Positions 43,818 to 52,156 of a stretch of 64,000 bases of DNA are shown here, piece after piece; the stretch's first letter is position 1, and each line of letters begins with the position of its first letter. Source of the stretch: Candidatus Saccharimonadales bacterium (GTDB lineage: Bacteria; Patescibacteriota; Saccharimonadia; Saccharimonadales; JACDFO01); contig JBBSLJ010000004.1 of NCBI GenBank assembly GCA_038255465.1, positions 6 to 64,005 of the forward strand, given 5' to 3'. Under the pieces are notes generated by a model. It saw only the letters and a list, made by a program, of their open reading frames with translations. It was not told the origin of the DNA and made no database searches. A program made the translations under genes and the position numbers.

Positions 43818-45623
43818 ATGGAAAATAAAAATCAAACCCCTAAAGCACAGCTCATTGAACGCCTAAAAGAGGCTAATAATGTGCTGGTAACCGTTAGCCG
43901 GAACCCGTCTGTCGACCAGCTGTCGGCAGCTATTGGCCTGACGCTGATGCTGAATCATCTCGATAAGCACGCGACGGCTGTTTTCAGTGGGGAAACGCCA
44001 AATACACTTGAATTTTTGAAACCAGAAGAAACAATTGAAAAAACGACAGACAGTCTCCGTGATTTCATTATCTCGCTTGATAAAACTAAAGCCGACAAGC
44101 TGCGCTATAAGGTTGAAGATACAATGGTCAAAATCTTCATTACGCCGTATCGGACTTCGCTTTCAGACAAAGACCTTATATTTGGGCAAGGCGATTTTAA
44201 CGTCGACGTAGTGGTTGCGATCGGCGCACAACAAAAAGAAGATCTGGACGAAGCTATTACAAGCCATGGCCGGATTTTGCATGATGCAACCGTCGCGACA
44301 GTTAATACGACCATAAGTGGCCAGCTTGGCTCGATTAACTGGGTGGACGCCAAGGCAAGTAGTTTATGTGAAATGCTTGTCCCGATTTGTGACGGCCTAA
44401 AACCGAATACAATGGATCCTCAAATGGCTACTGCATTCTTGACTGGCATTGTGGCCGAAACGCAGCGCTTCAGTAACGAAAAGACAAGCTCTGACACGAT
44501 GGCTGTTAGTGCAAAACTTATGGCGGCTGGCGCTAATCAACAATTAGTTGCCACGCAGCTCGAAAAGGTAGCTGAACCCGCAAATGAGCCTGAAGCGAGT
44601 CCTGAAATAGCCGATGCCGAACATGCCGTTGAAGATGCATTGGATAAAGACGGTAGTTTAGATATATCACACGAGGCCGAAGCAGAGGAGACCAGTAACG
44701 ACAACTCAGATTTGCCGGACATTCTGCCGGACCACCAAGCCGAACCTGAGGCAGCAGAAGAAGCCCCGACTGAGCAATATGACAGACCGCCACGACTTAT
44801 GTTGGAGCCTCCAACGCTCGGGTCAAGACTAACCGCAAATACTGAACCGGAGGCCTTAGATCCGTCTACTGACCCCATGACAGTCAGACCAGTTGACCAG
44901 CCATTATTGTCACATAACCGAGAAACTACTGAGCCAGAGCCACAACCGGAGAAAGAAGAAGAGCCGGTGCTACAGGAATCAGCGCCGCAAGAACAACCCG
45001 AGCTCGTTCTTCCGGAAGTTGAAGAAAAAGTCGAAGAAATTCCTGAGCTGCCAATTGCCCCAGTGCTTGACACACCTGAACCAGAAGCACCTGCGTCAAC
45101 AGCAGTAGCAGTTGATGAACAGACATTGACGGACCTTGAAGTAACCATGGGCAGCCCCCACGTAGCCGATACTATGATAGAACAGCATCAGTCTGTGCCA
45201 GAGCAAGTGGTGCCGAATGCAGACGCTGCTTTGGCTGCAGCGCACGATGCTCTAACCGCCGCCTCCTCAGGCGCTACCGAAAAACCAGCTGCTTTTAATG
45301 CAGGAGGTTTCATGGACGTAGGCCATGAGGAAGAATCAAATTTTGAGCCGCAGCCAGCAGCAGAACCTCAACTTGAACAAGAACCCGAACCCGAGCCAGA
45401 GCAAACTGCTCCGATTAGTATTGACCCAACCACGGGCGCAATGAGCTATGCAGCAGATTCAGCGCCTTTCTCGGCAGATTTGCCAGCCGCCCCGGGCGTA
45501 GCAGATCCAAATGCACCGCCGCCTGTACCGCCGCCAATGCCCATGCCGCCCCTAATGCCTACGCATGAACCGCCGGCCAATAACGTCTTTGACCCAAACA
45601 ATCTTCCTCCTGTCCCGCAATAG
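43818..45623 (+). CDS. DHH-like (NrnA-type fold) protein lacking catalytic motifs, fused to about 330 aa acidic Pro-rich tail
   Basis: SSLCEMLV...ATAFLTGIVAETQRFSNEKTS matches the NrnA DHH-domain C-terminal part; DxD and DHH positions read SVDQLS and VNTT. Confidence 0.6.
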   Translation: MENKNQTPKAQLIERLKEANNVLVTVSRNPSVDQLSAAIGLTLMLNHLDKHATAVFSGETPNTLEFLKPEETIEKTTDSLRDFIISLDKTKADKLRYKVEDTMVKIFITPYRTSLSDKDLIFGQGDFNVDVVVAIGAQQKEDLDEAITSHGRILHDATVATVNTTISGQLGSINWVDAKASSLCEMLVPICDGLKPNTMDPQMATAFLTGIVAETQRFSNEKTSSDTMAVSAKLMAAGANQQLVATQLEKVAEPANEPEASPEIADAEHAVEDALDKDGSLDISHEAEAEETSNDNSDLPDILPDHQAEPEAAEEAPTEQYDRPPRLMLEPPTLGSRLTANTEPEALDPSTDPMTVRPVDQPLLSHNRETTEPEPQPEKEEEPVLQESAPQEQPELVLPEVEEKVEEIPELPIAPVLDTPEPEAPASTAVAVDEQTLTDLEVTMGSPHVADTMIEQHQSVPEQVVPNADAALAAAHDALTAASSGATEKPAAFNAGGFMDVGHEEESNFEPQPAAEPQLEQEPEPEPEQTAPISIDPTTGAMSYAADSAPFSADLPAAPGVADPNAPPPVPPPMPMPPLMPTHEPPANNVFDPNNLPPVPQ

Positions 45624-45639
45624 GCTATACTAACGCCCG

Positions 45640-46392
45640 ATGGACGGCTTACTATTAATTGACAAACCGCATGGTTGGACGAGTTTTGATGTTGTTGCCA
45701 AAGTGCGCGGCATTTTGCGGCAAGCTGTGAGAGATGAGTATGGAGCTATGAGTAAAAGCTCCACAACTCAAAGCTCAAAGCTCAATACTCCTTTGGCGAA
45801 GGTAAAGGTAGGGCATACGGGCACGCTTGATCCATTGGCTACCGGCTTGTTGGTTCTGACTATCGGTAGCTACTGTAAACGCGCCCAGGAGTTTTCTAAG
45901 CTTGATAAAACCTATGAAGTAACGATGCGCCTAGGGCTTACAAGCACAACAGGGGACGATGAGGGCGTAAAACAAGCGGTAAGCGATAAGCAGCCAGTGG
46001 AAAGTGAGGTGGCTAGCGCTGTGCAGCGCTTCATAGGTGAGATTATGCAGGTACCCCCTATATATTCAGCCATCAAGGTTGGCGGTCAGCGAGCGTATAA
46101 ACTAGCCCGTGCAGGCAAGGAAGTTGTTTTGGACCCGCGAAAAGTCATCATTTATCAAATATCAGACATCAGCTATACATACCCGGAGGTACGATTTACT
46201 GCCCAGGTAAGTTCAGGTACCTATGTCCGCTCTTTAGTAGAAGATATAGGCAAAGTATTAGAAACAGGCGCCTACATGACCGCCTTGCGCCGACGAAGCG
46301 TTGGTGACTTTAAGGATGAGTCCATGCTTCAAATAAATGAATTGCAAGATATAGATAAGCACCTCATTCATCTTCCGGAGACAAAAGTATGA
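45640..46392 (+). CDS. truB: tRNA pseudouridine(55) synthase
   Basis: GHTGTLDPLATGLL catalytic motif; about 30-aa insertion before it. Confidence 0.93.
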   Translation: MDGLLLIDKPHGWTSFDVVAKVRGILRQAVRDEYGAMSKSSTTQSSKLNTPLAKVKVGHTGTLDPLATGLLVLTIGSYCKRAQEFSKLDKTYEVTMRLGLTSTTGDDEGVKQAVSDKQPVESEVASAVQRFIGEIMQVPPIYSAIKVGGQRAYKLARAGKEVVLDPRKVIIYQISDISYTYPEVRFTAQVSSGTYVRSLVEDIGKVLETGAYMTALRRRSVGDFKDESMLQINELQDIDKHLIHLPETKV

Positions 46393-48047
46393 TTGCAAAC
46401 GTAACAATTAACGAGAAATCGTTTGGCAACAAAGTACTGTACAAAGACCTGTCGATCCAGCTTCAAGCCAAGGAAAAGGTCGGGATTATCGGCCGTAATG
46501 GGACCGGTAAGACCACCTTGTTCAATCTGATGAACGGACAGGATACCGACTTTGATGGCGAGATTGCATTTAGAAAGAATCTGATTGTTATTTCTTCGCG
46601 CCAGGAGCATCAAGAGCACCTAAAAGCGCAAGTGTTGCCCTATATTCTCGATGATTTACCCAAGTACGCCCAGCTCAAGCACATTCTGGACACATACCCG
46701 GCCACGATGGGCACTAGCACCCGAAAAATCACTGAATACAGCGAGGCTCTCGAGCAGTTTTCTACCTTAGGCTACTTTATGGTTGAAGAAGAAATATTCC
46801 GTAGCCTCGAGGCGTACGGGTTAGAAGACAGTCATATAAACGGTGTTATCGGCAATCTTTCCGGGGGTCAAAAGCGATTTGTCGAACTTGTAAAAGTGCA
46901 GCACGCTAGGGCAGACATCGCGCTTATTGACGAGCCAACCAACCATATGGACTATGTCGCCAAAGAACGGTTTCTAGAGTGGCTTAACCGCGCCCAGGAA
47001 GCGGTTGTTGTGATCACTCACGACCGCGACGTGCTGCATGCGGTTGATCGTATTGTAGAGATCCGCGACGGCAGAGCCATCAGCTTCCCCGGCAATTACG
47101 ACGCTTATTTGCGAATCAACACCTCTAAGATAACTTCTGAGGTTAACGAATATGAGGTAACACAAAGGCGTATCGTGAACCTAAAAGACGATTTAATCCG
47201 TTTTCGCCGGCTCAAAGAACGCTCGCGCGATCCCGGCACCATACATAGGTTTAAGTCACTCGAAGAGCGTACTAAAAAGGACTTAGCACAGTTGCAGCAG
47301 CTTGATAAACCGTCTTTCTGGATCGATAAAGAATCAGTCCAAGGCTTGAACACCAAAATGACAGCCGCTTACGAAGAACACAAAACGCGCAACATTAAGA
47401 TTCGAGCCAGAACGGCAGAAACAAAATCAAACAGGTTGCTGGTTGAAGCCAGTAAGCTATCACTTGGATACAATAACCAGCCACTTTTTACAGATATAAG
47501 TTTTCAGCTCAGAGAGGGCGACCGTATCCGGCTGCATGGCCGTAACGGCGCTGGAAAGACGACCTTGGTGAAGGCAATTTTGGCCAAATCCCAGCGCACA
47601 CAGACCGAAAGTCAGATTTTATCAGGTACCATCGCAACCGAACCAGAGCTGACAATCGGCAATTATGAGCAAGAAATTGATTCAAAACTCTTAAAGACAA
47701 CGCTGGCAGAAGCCATTGAACACGTTTATCTTCAGAAAAATATAAAAATTAATGACCAAAAAATAAAGCAGTTACTAAGTGATTATCTTTTTAATCCGGC
47801 TACAGATGGCGCAATGCCACTCGAACTACTGAGCGGCGGACAAAAGGCGCGCTTTCAGCTAATAAGCATGCTGGCAAACGACCCGGTGCTGCTTATTCTG
47901 GATGAGCCTACCAACCACCTTGACCTTCCAAGTATCGAAGAAATGGAACAGGCCCTAGGCCAATACCACGGCGCCGTTATATACATCAGCCACGACACGT
48001 ACTTCGTGAACAACATGGGCGGCACCGAAATCCCAGTCGGCAAGTAG
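46389..48047 (+). CDS. ABC-F family ATPase (two ABC domains, no TM)
   Basis: GRNGTGKTT/LSGGQKRF and GRNGAGKTT/LSGGQKARF with charged linker. Confidence 0.92.
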   Translation: MIANVTINEKSFGNKVLYKDLSIQLQAKEKVGIIGRNGTGKTTLFNLMNGQDTDFDGEIAFRKNLIVISSRQEHQEHLKAQVLPYILDDLPKYAQLKHILDTYPATMGTSTRKITEYSEALEQFSTLGYFMVEEEIFRSLEAYGLEDSHINGVIGNLSGGQKRFVELVKVQHARADIALIDEPTNHMDYVAKERFLEWLNRAQEAVVVITHDRDVLHAVDRIVEIRDGRAISFPGNYDAYLRINTSKITSEVNEYEVTQRRIVNLKDDLIRFRRLKERSRDPGTIHRFKSLEERTKKDLAQLQQLDKPSFWIDKESVQGLNTKMTAAYEEHKTRNIKIRARTAETKSNRLLVEASKLSLGYNNQPLFTDISFQLREGDRIRLHGRNGAGKTTLVKAILAKSQRTQTESQILSGTIATEPELTIGNYEQEIDSKLLKTTLAEAIEHVYLQKNIKINDQKIKQLLSDYLFNPATDGAMPLELLSGGQKARFQLISMLANDPVLLILDEPTNHLDLPSIEEMEQALGQYHGAVIYISHDTYFVNNMGGTEIPVGK

Positions 48048-48049
48048 TA

Positions 48050-48078
48050 TTGACAAGATAGATAAAATTTGCTACAAT
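48050..48078 (+). promoter_or_regulatory. Consensus-like promoter TTGACA-17-TACAAT
   Basis: TTGACA 48050-48055, 17-nt spacer, TACAAT 48073-48078. Confidence 0.7.
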
Positions 48079-48103
48079 ATAGATGTTAAAAGTAAAAATA
48101 AAC

Positions 48104-48616
48104 ATGACAGAACAAAATCCTTCCATGCAACCACCCGCTGGCGAACAACTGCCGGATAATATTATGCGGTTCGACCAAGTTGCTTTTGAGGCGATAGACG
48201 ACTTTGGCCTCTTGCATAGTAACGGCGTGAACGGTAAAGAGGGAGTTATTACTGCCGATAGTCTTGCCGCGACTCATGTCGGTCTCATTGACAAGGCCAA
48301 GGAAGATCCTGAACTGGCTAGACTGCTGGGTCACGTTGCGTCGCCGCGGGAAGAAGAGGAGCTGGTGGCAGTCAAAAGCCGTATCATTGCCTTCTTGAAA
48401 CTCAATGGCGGTGCGGTGGCTACATCACCCGAAAGCCAAGCCACTCCTGCCGAAGCTAAGAGTAATATCGCACCTGCTCGGCAGAGAAAGTTCGGTCATA
48501 CCATACTGGTTGACGGCCGAACAACCAGTGGTTTCATAAACGGACGGCCTAATGAAGTCGTAACCTCTCAAGGGGTATTGCATACCCGGGGCACTCCACG
48601 CCTCGGTAACTCATAG
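48104..48616 (+). CDS. Hypothetical protein, 170 aa
   Basis: ATG 48083 lies only 4 nt after the -10 box, so ATG 48104 is preferred; no family recognised. Confidence 0.55.
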   Translation: MTEQNPSMQPPAGEQLPDNIMRFDQVAFEAIDDFGLLHSNGVNGKEGVITADSLAATHVGLIDKAKEDPELARLLGHVASPREEEELVAVKSRIIAFLKLNGGAVATSPESQATPAEAKSNIAPARQRKFGHTILVDGRTTSGFINGRPNEVVTSQGVLHTRGTPRLGNS

Positions 48617-48622
48617 CTTTTT

Positions 48623-48694
48623 GGGAAGAGCAGCTGGAGGCTTCGGCTTAACCAAAGCCCCGCCCGATGATAAAACCTAGAAGGGTGTTTCATG
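48623..48694 (-). repeat. Repeat family 1, copy E (inverted orientation)
   Basis: Reverse complement CATGAAACACCCTTCTAGGTTTTATCATCGGGCGGGGCTTTGGTTAAGCCGAAGCCTCCAGCTGCTCTTCCC aligns with copies A/B. Confidence 0.75.
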
Positions 48695-48774
48695 CCTGTT
48701 GCGTAACAGGGGAGAGTGTGCTAGTATTACTCCAACGCCATCAATAATCTCTAATTGAGGACTTAAGGAGTTAC

Positions 48775-49041
48775 ATGATCACAACAGAGAAGAAGAGCAA
48801 AATTATTGCTGATTTACAGAAGGACAAGAAAGACACCGGTTCACCGGAGGTCCAGGTAGGAATTTTGACCGAGCGCATCAAGGAATTGACGGCTCATCTA
48901 AAGACGCACAAGCATGATTTTATGGCTCGTCGCGGGCTGCTTCAGGGTGTTGGCAAGCGCAAACGTCTGCTTAAGTACATTGCCGAACAAGACGGCAAAG
49001 CATACCTGTCTTTGATCAAAAAACTCGGCATTCGCCGCTAA
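48775..49041 (+). CDS. rpsO: Ribosomal protein S15
   Basis: GSPEVQVGILTERI...HDFMARRGLLQGVGKRKRLLKYI; TAAGGAG SD. Confidence 0.95.
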   Translation: MITTEKKSKIIADLQKDKKDTGSPEVQVGILTERIKELTAHLKTHKHDFMARRGLLQGVGKRKRLLKYIAEQDGKAYLSLIKKLGIRR

Positions 49042-49202
49042 TTTGCATAGACCATTAGCCCTTATCGCAACGACAGGGCAAGGCTTGTGCACATTAAATA
49101 ACAGAGACTATTCGTCGTAGGTCATCAGATATATGCCCATTTTCACAGCACAAGGGATGCGTATATTTGCAACTTGCGACGAATCAGACGAAAGGACACC
49201 GT

Positions 49203-51335
49203 ATGACTATTAATCCGTTCGGTAAGGACATAATTAAAGTAGAAACAGAGCTGTGCGGCCGCACGCTAAGCCTAGAGGTTGGGCGAGTCGGCTTCCGTTC
49301 ATCGGCATCAGTACTAGTTAGATACGGCGACACCGTTGTGCTGGGTACGGCAATGGTTAGCAAAAAATCGGTTCATGGCATGGACTATTTCCCGTTGAGC
49401 ATTGATTACGAAGAAAAAATGTACGCGTCGGGCAAAATCAGTGGCAGCCGCTTCATCAAGCGCGAAGGCCGTCCGTCTGACGACGCAATTTTGATTGGTC
49501 GATTAATTGACCGTCCAATCCGTCCGCTCTGGCCAAAGGGTTATCGCCAAGAAGTACAGGGTGTAGCATCAGTGCTGAGCATGGATCCAAGTTTCCGCCC
49601 CGATATGGTGGCGATGATCGCCATGAGCACCGCTTTTATGCTGACAGGCGCGCCTTTTGACGGGCCAATAGCCGGTTTACGGGTTGCAGTAGTAGACGGC
49701 GAATGCAAAGCCTTTGCTACGTACGAAGAACTAGACAAGGGCAAGCTTGACCTGGTGGTTGCGGGTACCAAGGACGGTATTATGATGGTCGAAGCTGGCG
49801 CATCTGAAGCCACTGAAGAAGAAATAGTTGAAGCAATGCAGTATGCCTTTACGGCCATGCAGCCTGCAATCAAGTTGCAAGAAGAGCTGGTAAAAAAGAT
49901 TGGTGTAACCAAGCAGGAATACGCATTGGTTCTACCCGATGAATCAATCCAAAGCAAAGTAAACGAGTGGATTGCAGACAAAGTTGGCGACAAAATACGT
50001 GCGCCATATCCTGAGCGCAATGAGCTAGTGAACAACCTGCGTGAAGCGTTTCATGATTTCTTTTCTGAGCAGTTCGAAGACGAATACGCGGCGCTTAAGC
50101 CGGAATATGACGAAGCGTTCACGATCGCGCTACACAAAGACGTCCGAAAGGGTATTATCAATGACGAAACCCGACCTGACGGCCGTAAATTGGATGAAAT
50201 ACGTACTTTAAGTAGTGAAGTGGGCCTACTGCCACGGGCGCATGGATCCAGTCTGTTTACCCGCGGTATGACTCAGGCGTTGAACATCATAACCTTGGCG
50301 CCGTTAAGTTACGTGCAGCTGGTTGATACGATGGAAAGAGAAGGCGAACGCCGCTACTTGCACCACTACAACGCCCCTGGTTACACCGTTGGTGAAGTCA
50401 AACGCCTTGGCAGCCCTGGCCGCCGCGAAATTGGTCACGGCTACTTAGCCGAGCGCGCACTAGCGGCCGTATTGCCAAACGAAGCGGATTTTCCATATAC
50501 CATTCGCTCTGTAACTGAAATTATGAGTCAGAATGGCTCAACCTCTATGGCCGCAACCTGCTCAAGCAGTCTGGCGCTTATGGATGCCGGCGTGCCCCTT
50601 AAGCGGCCGGTTAGCGGTATCGCCATGGGGCTGATGATGGACGGCGATAAACCGTATATTATGAGTGACATTGCTGATGCCGAAGATTTTGCTGGTGATA
50701 TGGACTTTAAAGTAACAGGTACAACCGAGGGTATTACCGCCCTTCAAATGGATATGAAAGTCCATGGTCTGCCGGTGAGCGTGCTGGAACAAGCATTGAA
50801 GCAAGGCAAACTAGGCCGCGCACACATTCTTGAGCACATGATTAGTGTTATGGCTGAACCTCGAAAAGAAATGAGTCCGTACGCACCGCGAGTAGAAAGC
50901 ATTCAGATTAACCCTGACAAAATACGTGAAGTTATTGGCAAGGGCGGCGAGATGATCCAAAAAATCACCGGTGAAACCGGTACCGAGATTGATATTAAAG
51001 ATGACGGAACGGTTATGATTGCCAGCCCAGACAAAGTCAAGATTGACGCCGCTATCCAGTGGATCAAATCTATTACCGAAGATCCAGAAGTTGGTACAAT
51101 CTACACAGACAGACCAGTCGTAAGCGTTATGGACTTCGGCGCATTTGTGCAGATCCTGCCAGGTAAAGACGGTCTGGTGCACGTTAGTGAACTGTCCGAA
51201 GAACGAGTTGAGCGCGTAAGCGATGTTGTCAAAGAGGGCGACAAGGTGACGGTTAAATTAGTAGCTATCGACGACCGCGGCCGTTTGCAACTGAGCATGA
51301 AGGCCGCCGCCCGAGAGTTAAAAGACAAGAAGTAG
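49203..51335 (+). CDS. pnp: Polyribonucleotide nucleotidyltransferase
   Basis: Two RNase PH domains (GSSLFTRG, SQNGSTSMA), KH and S1 domains; ATG 49203 after AAAGGA. Confidence 0.96.
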   Translation: MTINPFGKDIIKVETELCGRTLSLEVGRVGFRSSASVLVRYGDTVVLGTAMVSKKSVHGMDYFPLSIDYEEKMYASGKISGSRFIKREGRPSDDAILIGRLIDRPIRPLWPKGYRQEVQGVASVLSMDPSFRPDMVAMIAMSTAFMLTGAPFDGPIAGLRVAVVDGECKAFATYEELDKGKLDLVVAGTKDGIMMVEAGASEATEEEIVEAMQYAFTAMQPAIKLQEELVKKIGVTKQEYALVLPDESIQSKVNEWIADKVGDKIRAPYPERNELVNNLREAFHDFFSEQFEDEYAALKPEYDEAFTIALHKDVRKGIINDETRPDGRKLDEIRTLSSEVGLLPRAHGSSLFTRGMTQALNIITLAPLSYVQLVDTMEREGERRYLHHYNAPGYTVGEVKRLGSPGRREIGHGYLAERALAAVLPNEADFPYTIRSVTEIMSQNGSTSMAATCSSSLALMDAGVPLKRPVSGIAMGLMMDGDKPYIMSDIADAEDFAGDMDFKVTGTTEGITALQMDMKVHGLPVSVLEQALKQGKLGRAHILEHMISVMAEPRKEMSPYAPRVESIQINPDKIREVIGKGGEMIQKITGETGTEIDIKDDGTVMIASPDKVKIDAAIQWIKSITEDPEVGTIYTDRPVVSVMDFGAFVQILPGKDGLVHVSELSEERVERVSDVVKEGDKVTVKLVAIDDRGRLQLSMKAAARELKDKK

Positions 51336-51339
51336 GGTT

Positions 51340-51546
51340 ATGCAGATCGAAAAAATAATGCAGTGGAAACAGACAAGACCGGGGTTGCTGGCAATGGGGT
51401 TTATCGCGCTCCTGTTAGCATATATCGTCGGCTCAAGAGCAATTTTTACCGGCAGCCTCTGGCAGTATGCGTTGACGCTTGTACTGTTAGTCGGTACAGT
51501 CAAATATTTTGGGCGAGTCATTTTTTATCATGCCAAGCAGCAATAA
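51340..51546 (+). CDS. Hypothetical small 2-TM membrane protein
   Basis: 68-aa ORF with two hydrophobic helices, tightly packed between pnp and the UDG gene. Confidence 0.45.
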   Translation: MQIEKIMQWKQTRPGLLAMGFIALLLAYIVGSRAIFTGSLWQYALTLVLLVGTVKYFGRVIFYHAKQQ

Positions 51547-52129
51547 ACAAACAGAGTTAGACGCCTTGAGTGCTCAGATTTTGGCAGATAATGTTTGCCC
51601 TGATCTGGCCGCCGGGGCTACGCAACTTGTGTTTGGCGCCGGCAGTCCGGACGCAGCGATTGTGTTTATCGGTGAAGCCCCGGGTAAAAAAGAAGACATC
51701 AAAGGCGAGCCGTTTATTGGAGCAGCGGGGAAGTTTTTAAACGAAATGCTGGCGATGATTGGGCTTGAGCGAAAGGACATTTACATTACCAATATCGTAA
51801 AGTATCGTCCGCCAAACAACCGCGATCCATTGCCAGAAGAAAAGAAGGCCTTTCTGCCATATTTACAGACCCAGCTGGAAATAATTCAACCAAAAGTTCT
51901 GGTGACATTAGGTCGCCACAGCATGAATTGCTTCCTGCCGGATCTGCAAATTAGCCAGGTCCATGGACAGCCAAAGCGGTTTAAGCTCAGCCTAAAGCCT
52001 GAGACCCAGCCGCTAGAGTTGGTTATCCTGCCGCTTTTTCACCCAGCGGCCGCACTATATAACGGGGCAATGCGCCAGACGCTTATCGACGACTTTGCGC
52101 TTATACCCGGAATCATCAAGAAAATTTAA
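51530..52129 (+). CDS. Uracil-DNA glycosylase superfamily protein, family-4-like, without Fe-S cysteines
   Basis: GEAPGKKEDIKGEPFIGAAG and HPAAALYN motifs; only two Cys in the protein. Confidence 0.85.
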   Translation: MPSSNKQTELDALSAQILADNVCPDLAAGATQLVFGAGSPDAAIVFIGEAPGKKEDIKGEPFIGAAGKFLNEMLAMIGLERKDIYITNIVKYRPPNNRDPLPEEKKAFLPYLQTQLEIIQPKVLVTLGRHSMNCFLPDLQISQVHGQPKRFKLSLKPETQPLELVILPLFHPAAALYNGAMRQTLIDDFALIPGIIKKI

Positions 52130-52156
52130 TACTCCCTAACGAAGAAAAGGACAAAT

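Noticed and set aside
44537-45148. 203-aa Ser/Gly-rich minus-strand ORF, plus several short ORFs in both strands at 44.5-45.1 kb
   Set aside because: They lie opposite the GAA/CCN-rich low-complexity tail of 43818-45623. Repetitive codon composition keeps the antisense frames open by chance.
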